Origin: Calcarisporiella thermophila CBS 279.70
Lineage: Eukaryota > Fungi > Calcarisporiellomycota
DNA length: 64,000 nucleotides
NCBI RefSeq assembly: GCF_041956535.1
Contig: NW_027192210.1
Location: forward strand, 318,021 to 382,020
Reading direction: 5' to 3'
Shown here: one piece after another, positions 22,992 to 36,632 of the stretch
Layout: every line of letters starts with the position of its first letter
Numbering within the stretch: position 1 is the stretch's first letter
Notes under the pieces: model-generated
What the model was told of the DNA's origin: nothing
Seen by the model: only the letters and a program-made list of their open reading frames with translations
Databases searched by the model: none
Made by a program: the position numbers and the translations under genes

Positions 22992-25022
22992 CGTTATGAG
23001 GAGCTCAATCTTCTATATACCTTCAATTGCACATCGTGCTGTAATTTTTTTATTGCGTGCAGAATATGGTGGCTTAGTCTATGGACTCGAAGATCAAAAT
23101 GCTCCCTTTAGGATAAGGTTTATTAAAGCCTTATTGTCCAGGGAATTGTGGAGACTCCTATATTAAACAATAATGTTTATTATCAGAGAGTTGGTTTGTC
23201 TACACAGTTTAAAGATATCCATATCCAATACTCAAAATAGATACCCACTTGGAACTGAGAAGAATTACTATTATATAGCTACAATTAAAAATAGCCCCTT
23301 TCTAAAATTTGCCTCGGTAAATATCCTCGCCAAAAATGCTTTTCAAATTAATAGCTTTTCTGACAGTGCTCACCTCCATTGCTCTGACCAAAGGAATTGT
23401 CTCATTGCTATCTTGTAGGTAGACAGTGTTGAGCAGGATGCGACTCTAGCAGCACATAAATGTATTACACAGCATCCAGCGAATGAGTTCCTTCATGCAT
23501 TTCGTATCACACCATGAACAAAAGCAATAAAAACATATATCTGAATGGAATTCATTTTAACGTGGAGAAGTGCAGTTGCTATTGTTATTGACACAAGAGT
23601 ATACGTCAAGCACAAGGATTTCGTGCTATGAGGCTTTTATCAGCTCTTTTTCATGGAGGGATTACAAGGCCACGATGATGTTGGCCACAAAACATTTGTT
23701 GCCAATCTAGTCGCTGGAAATTTGCGGTGTATATGAATATAGTCCTTTCAATGACACAACACTACATGTGAGCTCTATCAGATTTGGGTTGGTTAAGTTT
23801 GTAGTTTTCTACGGTTTTTGAGACATTAAATAAAAACGTGAGTGGGACTATCAGCCACGCTATAGCCGGATTGTTGTAGCCAGTGAAAAAGCTAGCAAGA
23901 AGGTGAGGCTTGCTGCCATTACGATGGCAATTGGGTGGGGATCCAAATGAGGGTTTGGATGCGACCTTTTTTACATCATGTTTGATATAAATGACAGGTT
24001 GCGTTGAGTTGAATAAGCTGGTTAGTACTTCGACAGGCATTTTCATAATGGCGTCTGCTGAAACGAGTAGCAGAAAGGCATGCAAGTACTATGATCGGTC
24101 AAAGTGTGCATTAGCTGTCGCGGTCTCTGACAGCAATGACTAGAGCGCTTTGTTCTCGAATTACGAAAAATGCATCGATTTTAGGGGATCCTGGATGCAT
24201 GGATTGTCACTCATAGCCAACACTTTTTTCCAGGACATCCTTTGCAGTGGGAATTTTGAGTGGATTTCCTGCCTATTACCTGAGTAAACTCATTCCCTCT
24301 AAAGAAATGATCAAAACATTCCATATATCGATGTCAAAGGAGAGATTTAAGGGAGTAGACGACGATGTCCCCATTGCACTTATTTACATCGGGGGTTGTG
24401 GGCTGGCGAAACCTTTTTCTTGACCTGCATGTATTATTCTAGGGTATGAAGACCAAAAATTTGTCCTTGCTAGACGAAATAGGGATTAGCTTCATAATGA
24501 ATTTGGCGATATCCTCCTATTAAAGAAATGATCTTTTTCCCCACTGATTGACTCCTCGGACCTCATTGAAATTTCAAAGAAAGCTTGCCTAGGTCGAGCA
24601 AGATATCAGAAAATTTTCAGAATCTATCCACGATTTCCGACGCTCCAAACACCTCTCTTTTCCTGGATCCCTTTGTTCCACCTTGGTTGTATTGGAGAAA
24701 TCCGTGATTGACTTGTCCTAACTAAAATCTCCTGCGCTCTATTTCCATCCTTTGCGTATTTCTGGTTTTGGCGGGTCACGTCTCTTTATCTTTTCCTATC
24801 TCACATATAAACGGCGGAACTGAGAATAGATAGCGCTGTTGAGGGAGGGGGGAATAAACTTACTCTCTCCTACTGTATTTTTCTCACTCAGATAACAAAG
24901 AGAAGGGGGGCTAATTTCTCGCCATTCTCTACGATTTTCCATTTCGTTCCCAGGAATCAGAAACGAAAGCCAAGGTGGCCGACGCCATCCAAATCCTCTA
25001 ATATATCCAGCAGGGCAAGCTC

Positions 25023-28000
25023 ATGTCCTTATCCGTCAGCAATCTCTTTACAAAATCCTCAGTTTCTCTTATCGATACATCGGCCCAATCGACATCGCCT
25101 CCCCCGCGGGTGACATCACCTTCACATCGCGAAGATGATAACGCTGCGCACCACCGCAAACGCAGCTCATCGCTGAGTTCTCTCATGTCACTGTTTGCTC
25201 TGAAGGGCGGAGGAAACCACGTCCAACTGGAGGAAAATGGTGGCGAGCGAGGCCCGGTGTCCCTGCCAGCGCGGCTGTCGGGTAGAAAGCGTCTTCCATC
25301 TCCTCTAAGAACTTCATCGCCCCCACCTGAAGGGCCGCTTCCAGAACCTGAAGAAATCTACACCAATCCATTTTATGTAATTATTTCCGAAACTCTGGAG
25401 CAGACTTATTTTTGTCCTCTTCCCCGTGCTATATACCTCTAACACTTAACTTGTTCTATTTCAGATTGCATTGCAGAAAACTCCTGTTCTGCAACGAGTG
25501 GCGGTGCTGCTGGTTCCGCATTCGCAGAGCCTCGTTGAGCTGAACATTACAAAGGATCTTTTACGTAAGGATGATGAATCGTTTGGGGGTTCCAAGAGGG
25601 TTATTAATCGGCTCTTCTTATTTATTAGAGACCCACTCGCTAGTTCCATCCCCATATTACAAGGGACAGTTTCTGAGTATGAATGGGAAAACCGTCCTTG
25701 CTGAAAAGAAATATGTGCAGGGTATCGAAGGTGAATCGGTGCAGCTTAGGCTCTCCTTGCCCGCTGTCCTATAACTCTCCCACGTCTCTTTACATAGGCT
25801 TCAAGCGCAGCAGAAAGGTACGCATCGTTACGGAGGTGTTGGTGTATAGCAACAACTATCGTCCAGTACGTGTGCTTATCATTGACCGGCCGCTCGAGGG
25901 TAATTCCAAGGTTGGCATTGCATCGTTTTTCTCTCCACCTTAGGCATATTGTTAACGTATCTGCACCTACTTTTTCGAACAGCCCCTCCCCCAAGAATTG
26001 TTGACAGTACCCCATGATCGCAACTCTGAAAAGTAAGTAAAAGCTCCACGGCTAATTTCGACACGATCCTCTAATTTATCCCTGTTTTCTAGTGATTTCG
26101 AGTTTCTGAAAGGCTTTTCTGAGAACGCAAGGGCTCTCAAAACGTTCCAGTCTGCCATCAGCGCCTTCAATGAGAACTATATCTATGTACGAGGGTATAC
26201 CTCATTTGCCGTCGATCGAATCATGCAGATATTCGAGAGGCTTGTGGAGGTAGGTGCCGCGCAGCCTTTCCTTGATCATGTCATGATGAGAGTGAACCAT
26301 TCACCTATATTTAACTTTAGGATATTCTGCGAGACAACTCACGGCTGAACAAGGTTTGCCGAGTAGCCTCGGAGCATGAGCACTTCCTCGAGCTAGTGGA
26401 AAAGTATGCAACCCCCTTCGCCCTTCGCCTTCTCCATATCACATGCTAACTATATTTTTTTATTTAGTGTTGTCATGGCTCAGGTGCATAACAAAATATT
26501 TGCCCAGTCACTTGTCCCCATGTTCGTAAATCACGACTCCTATATCGACTCCATCATTCGCATCTACAATCGCAAGGCGACGACACTTCGGGGCTTCAAT
26601 GTTGATGAGGAGCTCCACGGTATTCCTCTCGCCTACTTTAGCGCTGCCATTTCGCAGCTCCGCCGCTTTAATGACGCCAGCGTGGAGAGCAGCGAGAGGG
26701 ATTTTTGGCCTACTCTTTCATTGGAGCTTGAGTCGGAGGACGTGTTGGACCCGGTCGTCACCCCGCGGGAAAAGCTGATGTGCGTAAAGAAGTGTCTGGA
26801 CGAAATCTCTCGGGCGGTGGAGCGTTACATGTCCGAGATTCGCCCGGGGGACCCCAATTTACACGATTACGTGCAAGTGACCTCGGACGATTTCATCCCC
26901 CTTCTGTCGTTCATCGTGGTGCGTGCGCGGGTGGCACACCTGGTAAGCCATGTTTACCACATGGAGAGGTTCCGCTTGGCGAAAACGGACCGGCCCGAGC
27001 TTGGCTTTGCCCTGGTGACGCTGCAGGCTTCTCTGGAGTACCTGAAGTCGGATCCATTGGGGCTGCACGACTCCTCGACCACTTCCTCGGTGTCGTCGAT
27101 GGTCTCGACGGCGCCTATACCAATGCGGTCGCCCATCCAACCGCATCCTACTTTGCGGATTCGAACCGCCACCTCCTACTCGCCCGGGGCGAGCACGGCC
27201 GCCATTTCGTCTCCACACCTATCTCCGCCCACCTTGTTCAGTCTCTCACCGCGCATCCGAACCACCTCTCTCACCAGCGCTCCGTGGTCTGGTTCGGGCG
27301 GGTTCGCCAACCTCTCCAATAGCGTGCGAGAGACCAGGCGAGCGTCCCCATCGGGGTCTCTAGGGCGGCAGCTGGGGCATCGAAGGTGTCGGAGTGTTGA
27401 GGATGTGGCGGTTCAGGAGGGGGCGTGTCAGACCCCAGAGCATGGCAAAAAGGGAGCAGCGCTCTCCGCCGACGCCGACAAGCCGGTGTCTGCTCCCTCA
27501 ACGACCGGAAAAACGTTTCCAAACGTACCGGATGAAACTACGCCTAACGAGCCGGCTTCGAAAGACGGGGAGGCGGAAAAGCAGGCGCGCATGGAGGAGC
27601 ATGACTCCTCGAGGGGGGAAACGCCGGGGCAAAAGGATACACCACTCCCGAAATTGCATCCCACCAGCCACGGGTTTACAAGGAGGGTAGGACTGCGACG
27701 TGGAATAGACAGCGGCCTAGGCCGCTCGCTCAGCACTTCTGCTGCCTCGTCACCGTCTCTGATGAATGCGACGGCCCAGCCCCCCATGCGATCAGTTTCT
27801 GCATCGGCCTCGTGTGGGGCGCCTGAAGTCATTAGTTTAAGGCAGCCTCTACCGCCCCACACTACCCTTCCCCCTCGTGCTCCTTTGGCCAAGCGCTCTA
27901 CATGGCAACCCCTCGCGGGCCGACGGGTTAATCTGGAAAAGTCCAATCTTGACGTGAAGATATTGGAGAACATCGGCGAGGACGCGGGGAAGGTGCGGGA

Positions 28001-28094
28001 CGAATTGCTAGGGGAGTTTTTGACTTCGCTTTCGCGTGTGGAGGGAGAGGTCTGTGGAGATGGCAGCGGAGCCATACGATTTAAGATAAGATAA
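25023..28094 (+). CDS. VPS9-domain Rab GEF with VARP/ANKRD27-like N-terminal domain and disordered C-terminus
   Basis: NPFY|IALQK...VLLVP...FLSMNGKTV...GFK...VRIVTE...IIDRPLEG resembles the VARP N-terminus. VPS9 core: TPREKLMCV...TSDDFIPLLSFIVVRA...ELGFALVTLQASLEYL. Confidence 0.85.
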
Positions 28095-28726
28095 GGGACG
28101 GCTTGTCTTTGGCTGATACGTTGAATTGTGCGGAGCTCGTTATGTTTTTTTTTATTGTTGCCATGGCTTAACCCATTTTTCTTTTTCTACTTGGTTTATA
28201 CTTTTTCATCGGCATTGTCTTTTTTTTTTTTTTCCTTCTCTGTTACCTTAGTCTGATCTCTTCCATAATTATATCTGTACCATGTGATACTCTTTCAACC
28301 GGATTTTTCTATTAATTGTTCTTTATCTTTTCTTTCTCCATCATCAGTACCCGCCTATAATTTTTTTTGCCACATTTTCTCTTCTTTTTTCTTCTTTTTT
28401 TTCTATTTATAACACAACACATATATATCTGCGTTTTTGTTTGTTCTTTGCACTTGTGCTACTTCTGCGGACGGCTTATTTTAGTGAGAACGCTGAGCTA
28501 GCTGTCCTGACACTAAATGTGAAAGATATCAATGCGTTCCAAAAAAAAATGACGCTCCACAAATCCTCCATCAGATAGCCTGGAGTGGCTTTGAAATTCT
28601 GATGAATAGTTTCATTGCCACCCTCCTCGAATGCAGTCACGAAACTTTTCGGATTCTGGATATTTGAGTTCTTGGGGTAAAAGGTGAAGTGATCCAAAAT
28701 AGTAGCGGCCTCCCCTTCCTCCCATC

Positions 28727-29672
28727 ATGACACACGGAAAAACTGAGCATGACCGCATCTTCGATCATCTTGATCAGGAGTTCCAGCGGCTTGACTCTGT
28801 GCTTGCGCGCGAGGAGGTGCAGCCTCCAGGTACGTAAGGCATGAGAGCCGTTATTCCAGCGCAAATCATCGTCGCTTTATCTCACTCACTCCCTCCCCCT
28901 CACCTCATAAAACCTCCAGGCGCTTTTACACACACCATCTTCAAAGAATTGGACCTCATTCGCCGGAAGCAGATCGCCCTGGCCGTTTCCCACATTGCGC
29001 TAGAGCATGTGTTTGGGGAGGAGGGCAAGCGGGCCATCACCGATTTGGGCAACGAGTCTACTGCTGAGGTATATCGCAAGAACGCGGAGCACTTTGAAAA
29101 GAAGGAGCAGGATCTCAATGGCTTAATGTCCAAGGTAGGATCCCTTGCTTAGCCAGCGGACATCCGATTCATTAGTCAGGGATGCTAAATGCTCTATTTC
29201 TGTTAGCTCGAAGACCTGGGAAATGCCATGTAAGGATGACAGAAACGCGAAACATTGTTTAGTGTTTTCCACTGATTTCCCGCTTTGTATATGTCTTTGT
29301 ATATACAAAATGCCTTCGAGTAGATCAGGTTTCCATAGTCTCGCGTCGGTACGCAAGCCGCCCAACACCCTTCAAGATACCTCCACCGATACCAGCTATG
29401 TCCCTTACTTCCAGCAATCCACTGGATCGCTCGCCTCCACGGCCTCCAACTCGAACTCAAACGCCAGCTCCCTGAGCCGAGCCCGCTCGCACACCCTCCC
29501 GGCTCACGGGGACATGCCCTCGCGGCCGGGCAAAGAGCGGCCCGGCATTTACCGAATCACGTTTGGTTCGGTTTCCTCCGCGACCGGAAAACGGCGGTCG
29601 CCTCTCGGGGGGGAGGCGGGTGAGGAGCGAGAGGAGCTGCCTCTCTTTTCATCACCGACGAATGGGTTCTGA
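28727..29672 (+). CDS. Small multi-exon coiled-coil protein, possibly CCDC28-like; start uncertain
   Basis: Exons joined by GT-AG introns give MTHGKTEHDRIFDHLDQEF...ELDLIRRKQIALAVSHIALE...DLNGLMSK|LEDLGNAM followed by a Ser-rich tail. Confidence 0.6.
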
Positions 29673-29979
29673 CAACCTCGACTTCCCTCCTCCCTTCTGC
29701 ATCATGGACAGTCTCTTTTCTCTTTGTGTTCTCTATTCTTATGCAAACGGAGTCTTCTTCCGATAAAAACAAAATCTAATTATCTCGAGAGAAAGGAGAG
29801 CGAGTTGACGCAACAAATAAACAGCGGCAAAATTAAAAGAACAAAAATGGAATGCTCGAAATACACAAAATTGAAAATAATAAGCATGATTTAAATACTG
29901 CACATACAAGTTCAGCGTGGGGGGAGGGGAAGAGGGCGATTAAGGAGGAGGCGGATGTTCCGTGTGTACGAGCCGCATT

Positions 29980-30462
29980 TTAGAGAAGCGCCGCCATCCC
30001 CGCGACTAGCGCGATCAGTGCTACGGCTGCGCGCGCAGGGGTCATGAGGTTTGCCGCACTGGGGGGGTTCGTTCCGGTGGGGTTGGTGGGGACGGGCGCA
30101 TTTTCAGGCAGAATGGTGAGCTGTGCCCTCATGCCATTCTTGCAGTGCTGACCGACCGTGCAATAGTAGAACACGGTTCCGGTCTGGGTGAATGTCAGAT
30201 TGTAGCTGTCGCCGGCATTGGCCTTGACCGTCGAGTCGAATCCGCCGGGCACCGGCGCGCAAGCGTCCAGCGTTTGGGACTGGGTGACGCTGTGGGGGCC
30301 CTTGGCCCACCGCCACATGACGACATCGTTGACGCGGACTTTGGCGTCAGGAGGCGTGAATTTCAGGCCGTCCTGGGCGACCCATATCTCGATGGTGGTG
30401 GGGACGGCGTACGCGGTCACGAAGAGGGCGAGCAAGAGGAGCACAGAGGCGTTGGCGCGCAT
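29980..30462 (-). CDS. Secreted, probably GPI-anchored cupredoxin (type-1 blue copper)
   Basis: Signal MRANASVLLLLALFVTAYA. Cu ligands in PHSVTQ and YYCTVGQHCKNGM. P/T/S linker and hydrophobic C-terminus AAVALIALVAGMAALL. TTTTATAAAA upstream. Confidence 0.9.
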   Translation of the reverse strand: MRANASVLLLLALFVTAYAVPTTIEIWVAQDGLKFTPPDAKVRVNDVVMWRWAKGPHSVTQSQTLDACAPVPGGFDSTVKANAGDSYNLTFTQTGTVFYYCTVGQHCKNGMRAQLTILPENAPVPTNPTGTNPPSAANLMTPARAAVALIALVAGMAALL

Positions 30463-31642
30463 GGTTTGTTGTGGGAGAAAGAGCAAGAGAAGACGATAAG
30501 AGCGAGGGAAAGCGGAGGGCTGTGGTTTTGGCCGGGCCGCCTGCTCGGTTGGCCTTTTATAAAAATGTTTCTGCTCGAGCTTCGTCCGTTTGTGTGAAGA
30601 GCCTCCACACCCGCTTTTCCGCAGAGAGTGGTTTCTGCCATTCGCTGCACGCCCGCATATGGAACAACTGCAAAAGTGCCATCCACCCTTCTGAGCCGGC
30701 GGCAAATCCAGGCCTCTGCTTGCTTGCCCCGGGCAGTTTAACAATTTCGGATTCACAAGTACAGGGGTTTCGTTTTCATATAGCCATAACACGTGTAGCA
30801 TACGGGGCACAGATCGAGAATGCTTCCTCTTTAAGCCCGCGCAATCCGACGCATCCCCGCGCTGAGCACGGCCGCCGCCTGGCGCTCTCCGCCTCTGCAT
30901 GCCTCCCCCCCACCAAACCGTGTTATTCATGGGCGGCGCCATTGGCAAGGAGGAGGGGGCTTGGCTCGCTTTGTCTCGCGTGGAAACTTAGACCAGGAGA
31001 AGGGTGCGTCATTTAGCGTGACTGCCGTCCCCTCAAGCCCGAACCCACGGAAAGTGGAGAGGGTGGAAATGAATTGGACCCACCCGTGTTTATTCAAGGA
31101 AGCCTTCCATTTTCCAAGGAGAGTCCCCCCCCCAGCTCCGCGCCAGTCAGCGCGTCCCGCGCGACGAGAGCAGCAGGCGGGGCGCCGCAGCAAGGCCCTG
31201 CAAATGACCCTGTTCCTGGCTCGACGTACCGGGGGCAGGTCCGCATGCGTCACAACCTTAATCGTTTTTCGGAGCCAGACTTGGTGGCCGAGCAAAAATG
31301 CCGCGGCCCTCTCCCCCAACCCCAATGCCGGCTCAAGCCCCCGCCCTCTCCACGCTTCCAAGGCCGCCGTGTTCGGGGGGGCCGACGGCCTTGGCCATAT
31401 AAATGCGTCCACGCAAAGCACGAGGGGAGCTGAAAGAAAGGAGTGATTTTATTATTATTATTGTATAGGAATAAATAGAAATGTGTATATATATATATAT
31501 ATTTAGAGCATGGAAATAAAGCAAATGAATGAAACAATTGGATGACCATTTTTAAGAGAAAGAGAACAATCCTTCATCATCATCACCTTCATCATTATCC
31601 ACAAAAAGAATAAATATGGGTTTGTATTTTTCGTCAAGCCTC

Positions 31643-34600
31643 TCAATGCAGACCCCTTTGATCTAGTGATTCTTTAGAGGGCACTCTCGGCAGCGACGGG
31701 GGAGGATTCAGGTGGTGCTCAAAGGCCCCATCGGCCCCCCCATCCAGCAGTGTGGTCTGGGAGTTCCTTCGGTCGGGAATCCCGCCCGAAAACGAGGCGT
31801 CGGACGCTAGCGAGCTCGTCTCCATGGTGGGTGTGCGCATCATGACGGAGGGGGGGGGAGAGGGAAAAGCGGAGGCTCGAGGCGAGTTCCTCGGGCTGAG
31901 ATAGGTGCTCGTGCGCACGCCGGCGGGGGGCGGCGCGAAGAGATTGGGCGAGGAGTTGGAGGTGGAGAGGCGGCTGAGTCGCGGGGAGATGGAGGGGGTC
32001 CATCTTCCGCTCCCCGTCTCCACCAGATTGCCGCTTGACCCGGTGGAGGGCAAGCCGTTCCCGCTCCACGAGCGAGAGGCCCGCGGATCCACAGGGCCTC
32101 CTGCGGACAACATCTCGGGATTGAGCAGCATTCCTGCGCCCGCTGCGGGGGCCTTCGCGCCATTGGCCTCGTCGGGCATCCCCGACATCATGGTCAGGCG
32201 ATGGCTGTTCTCGCCACGCTTTAGCCCGAGGCGCTCCCGTTCCCATTCCTCCCACTTACGCATCACGATCGCGCTCGTCTCAAACTCTCCCTCCTTCTTC
32301 CCGTGGTCCTCGCCCGCCGTCTCGCCGAGCACCTTGCGCGTCTGGCCCCACGAGAAGTCATCGAAATGCCAAAATGAGTACACCGGCAGGACAAGATTCC
32401 ACACCGGGAGCGCAAGCAGGTACACAAACATCCACATGATGTACACGATCTTGCGCGTCGTGACCACAATCAGCAGGGCGGGCAGCCCAAGAATCGCGGC
32501 CAGGAGCACGAGCGGAATGGCCTGGACCGGCCCGATAATGGAGGCAATGATGAGCGACACCGTGAATACAATGGCCGCCGGCAGCACCACCGTGCCAATC
32601 AACTCCACAAAGACAGCAAACTGCATCGACAGACACGCAATGCCACAGAGGTCCGACACCAGGACCAGCTCCATCAAATTGTGGATCGTCGAGTTGATCC
32701 AGCGACGCCGCTGCGAGAGCAGCACGCTGAAGGTCTCCGGCACAACCGTTTTGCAGATCGCTTGCGGGACGAAGATCATCTGTCGCTTCGGGAAGGTGCG
32801 CAGCATCAGCGTGGAGAGGAAGCGATCCTCCCCGAGCAGCAGCAGATTCTTCTCGTGCAGTGAGGTCACCACATTCTGGTTGTACTCGAGCAGGATGTCC
32901 GGGTTGGCGAGCAAGGGAACCCAGCCGCCGTTTTTGGGCGCCTTGATACGATACATGCAGAAACATCCGGGCAGACAGGTCACACCGCCGAACATGGACT
33001 CGAAGGCCTTGGCGTAGTGGTGGGAGATGTAGTACTCGAACACTTGGATCATCGTCACCCCTACACAAAACGTCCATCAGTATGGAGATGCTCAAGAGGA
33101 AGGAGGGGAGGGGGGGCTGGGCCCAATGAAGCCTTCAAAATCACTTACAGCTCTGGCGTTTGTTCGCAATCCGGGTTTCCCCGCACAGCCCCATAATGGT
33201 CGTGTCATTGACCATGGCTCGCACCATGTAGCTTAGCGAGTCAGGCATGACCTTGGTGTCGGCATCCACCATCAACACAAGCTCGAATTGGTCCGGGGTG
33301 ACTCCGTTCATCAGCCACTGCATCTTCCAGAAGATCTCGTAGTCAAGCTCCGTGAAGCGGTCGTTGAAGAGCACGCGCTGGAAGTAGGACATGAGGAGCA
33401 CTTGCGAGTCACGCTTACCACGATTACCAGGCTTGGGCGACGATATTTCCGCGGGGGTGCCGCACTTTACAATGCAAATGGCCGGGATCCACTCATTATT
33501 GTAAATATAATGACCCGCATACTGATCAGAGAGGCGGATAGAGAAAACAGGGTTTAATTAGGGCCGCCCATTGTAAAATAAATACAAGTAGACGGATACA
33601 TACCACTTTTGCCATGTTGTGCTGCTTCTCCCCATCGGCGATGGCGATATAGGAGCAGGCCTTTGGATCGTTCATGTTTTTATCCAGGGTGAGCATGTCA
33701 ATGACCATATCCGGGGTAGTGCGATCGTTTCCGGAACCAGTAATAAGTCCATCGCAAATGACAAATAATAACTGCAGAAACAAGCATTAGGGGAGACGTG
33801 TAAATGTCTCTTTCCACGCGATAGCCCTGAACAATCAAGGAATTACCTTGTGCTTGTTGGAATAGGTCGTTGCCGCTAATGAGTCAAACGTGGTCCTCAA
33901 GCCCGCCTCCCCTTCGGAATAGCACGTCACCAACATGATCGTATACAGGTTCGAATCCATGACTTGCGTTTCGACCCCGTCCGCAGACCCTTTACCCCCG
34001 CCAAGATTTCTCTCGGGATCGTGTTGGCCACTGCCGCCCAAGAGGCGCTTCTTCTTCCCCACCAACTTCGGGGCCACGCACCAGCTGAACACCACCGCCA
34101 TGGAGAATCTCACCACGATCAGACACACAATGACCACTAGAGTGATCATCATCACGACGTTGGCGCCAAGACAACCAATGGTATCGCGCATCACAACGCC
34201 AACGGCATAGCGCGATTGAATGCAACGCATGGCTTGCTTTGTGTCAGGGTGAAACGAAAACGAGGCGGTGCCGTCGTGGCCGATGTGGCGAACGATTAAA
34301 CTGTGGACAGCTGGTCCAAAGTAGTTATCGTTGCGCGCAAGGTATGAGGACATGTTCATGACTAAATATCGGAGGAAAAAATAAACACCAAGTTAGATAA
34401 AGATGCAGCCACCGGCACACATAGGATCAGGTTACCCATATTGTTGAGGACGAAAAGTTTTGGGTCTGGATCGACACGATTCTTTACCAGATCTTCCCAT
34501 TCAAAAACCAGATTTCCCTTGGCTCTCACCGTGCTGCGCAGCTCCGCCAGCGGAATGCAGGGGCTGCTTGTGATGGTTCCACCATAGGGGCTGGTGACCG

Positions 34601-35591
34601 AGCAGCCGTTCTGGAAGTCGGGTGCAACGCGCTGGTTCTTGTCGAACTCGGCGCATCTACCTTCGGTGGCGTCAAACAGGGCCGAGATGTCCAGGCCCTT
34701 GTAAGCATCGGTGAATGCGATGTTTTTCCTTGCGAGAAAGGCTTGCATCGCCTCGTATGTGTAGAGTTCTCCGTGCACGTTCACGTCCTCTCGAAACACC
34801 TTCTCCAACCCGCTCCCGTCGGGTGCCTGTTGGGTATATGAGAATGAAACCTGCTTCTCCGGGCAGAGCAGCGGCTGTAGCCCATAGGTAACAAATCCGA
34901 GCAATATACAGAAAAATGCAATGATAAGACAGAGTGCTACTTTTTCGCGCCATGCCTGCTGCATCTGTGAGTCCTTTTTTCCGCACGAAGAGAGCGCGAA
35001 GCCAGGAATGCAGCATGTGACCATCTGTGCGAACCAGGTCCAGGGGGCAAACTTGAATTTTTCATCCGAGACCGCTTGCGGCGGAGGCTTGACCATAGGG
35101 CGGCGCACGGTGCGTAGTCGCTGCATGTCCGACCCGCCCCGAGGGCCGCCTTCTCGAATCATGGGCTGGCGTGCTCGCTGTCGCTCAGGACGTGTGAGCG
35201 AGCGCTGTCGGTTCAAGTGCGAGCGGCGGCTCCGCGATCCCCCATACTCGCCGCTCTGGAACTGCACCATCCCGGTGCCATTTGGGCTGGGCCGTTGCAT
35301 GGTGCGGCGCCGCTGGCGCTGATCGTGCGAAGATTTGCGTGCTTGCCGATAGGAATCAAATGAGGAATTACGATGTTGCTGATTGTATTGCTTGTAAGTG
35401 GACGAGCGAGGATGAGGCTGTAGATGGGTGGACTCCCGGGCTCGGCCACTGCTGTTATTGGAGTGACTGGAATGCGAGGTGTGTGAGCGACCCCCCATCT
35501 GCGTCGACATGCGGTGTTCCATCGGGGGCATGTTGAGATGGCCGCTTTGTCGGAAATTCGACTGTGGCCTGCGGGGTTGCCGACTGCTCAT
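31643..35591 (-). CDS. Chitin synthase, class IV (Chs3-like, division 2)
   Basis: [59 protein letters not shown] and [13 protein letters not shown]; no myosin motor domain. Confidence 0.95.
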
Positions 35592-36632
35592 GCTGGTTAG
35601 GAAAGATGATGAGAGTGTGGTTGTTTATTCCAGCGTGCAATGTGGGTGGTTGATGAAATAATGGTGCAATCTATAGATGGTGATGGTGAGGGGGTGTATA
35701 TAAGACACAGAGTGCAGAGGGGGATAAATAGATAAATAGATGAGAAGGAAGGTCGATGAGGAGAGGAGGGGGGGATATCTCGATCGATGCAAATTTAACA
35801 AGGATAAAAATAAATCATGCACCGGAGAGGGGATATTCTATTTTGAAGAGATAAAGAGCACAAATTATAAGCGTTCAATTGAGAAGCAGGAGGCTCGATA
35901 TCTGGGTTCCAGTCTTGCGTGTTTCACAGCAACCAACTTTAATTTCTGGTCCATTTGCGCACTGGGTATCCTCTAACTCGTGTCGGTCAGATTTGCACCT
36001 TCTATCTACGTCACAAAAGTGAAACCATCCAAAACCAAGGGGGGGCGCAGTCACAAACCGGAGCCTGTACTCCTCCGCCAAGGTCGATTGACGAGGAGGG
36101 GCCGATACTCTCCCGCATCGCCGCCCGCCCCCATCCTCCCTCGCTCAAGGGATCTCGAATTCACTTCCCCCCTCCTCTCTCGAGGACGACGAGTGCAACC
36201 ATATGATCCCTCGAGCATCCTAGTTTGGCAGGGGATAGAGAGGTGTGCCCTCCTGGGTGCTCTATCGTCTATGTTTCAGAGATCCAATTTCTTCTCTCTC
36301 CCCACTATCCTCCCTAAGAGGTATGGCAACGTGGGTGAAGAGCAAGTGGCCTAGAAACAACACAATCCAACCTTTTATTATTATGATAAGCTTCAATGAT
36401 ATTCTTCCATTCTAAAAGCGGAACCGGGAAAAAATAAGCGTGAGAATAAAAGGATGAAGAGGGGAGGGGTGAAAGAAAAAGCCATTTACAAAGAGGAAAG
36501 TATAAAGGAGAACAAGTAGAAAGCATAATTATACAGCAAATAGTGGAAAGGGAGACCCCACCCCCATCTCTCTCCCTCCCTCCACCTTTGATTACCAGCA
36601 TAGCCAAAAAGAAGTGACAAGAAAGGCAACAC

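Noticed and set aside
23100-24900. ORFs 23173-23418 and 23762-24085 in a long intergenic region
   Set aside because: No recognisable motifs or splice-consistent model.
30471-31549. Multiple overlapping GC-rich ORFs upstream of the cupredoxin, and the N-terminal extension of ORF 29980-30948
   Set aside because: High-GC promoter DNA; the signal peptide and TATA box place the true start at 30462.
31905-33017. 370-aa plus-strand ORF
   Set aside because: Antisense shadow of the GC-rich chitin synthase last exon.
33948-33958. GGTTCGAATCC B-box motif
   Set aside because: It is the reverse complement of the chitin synthase codons for MDSNL; no tRNA structure.
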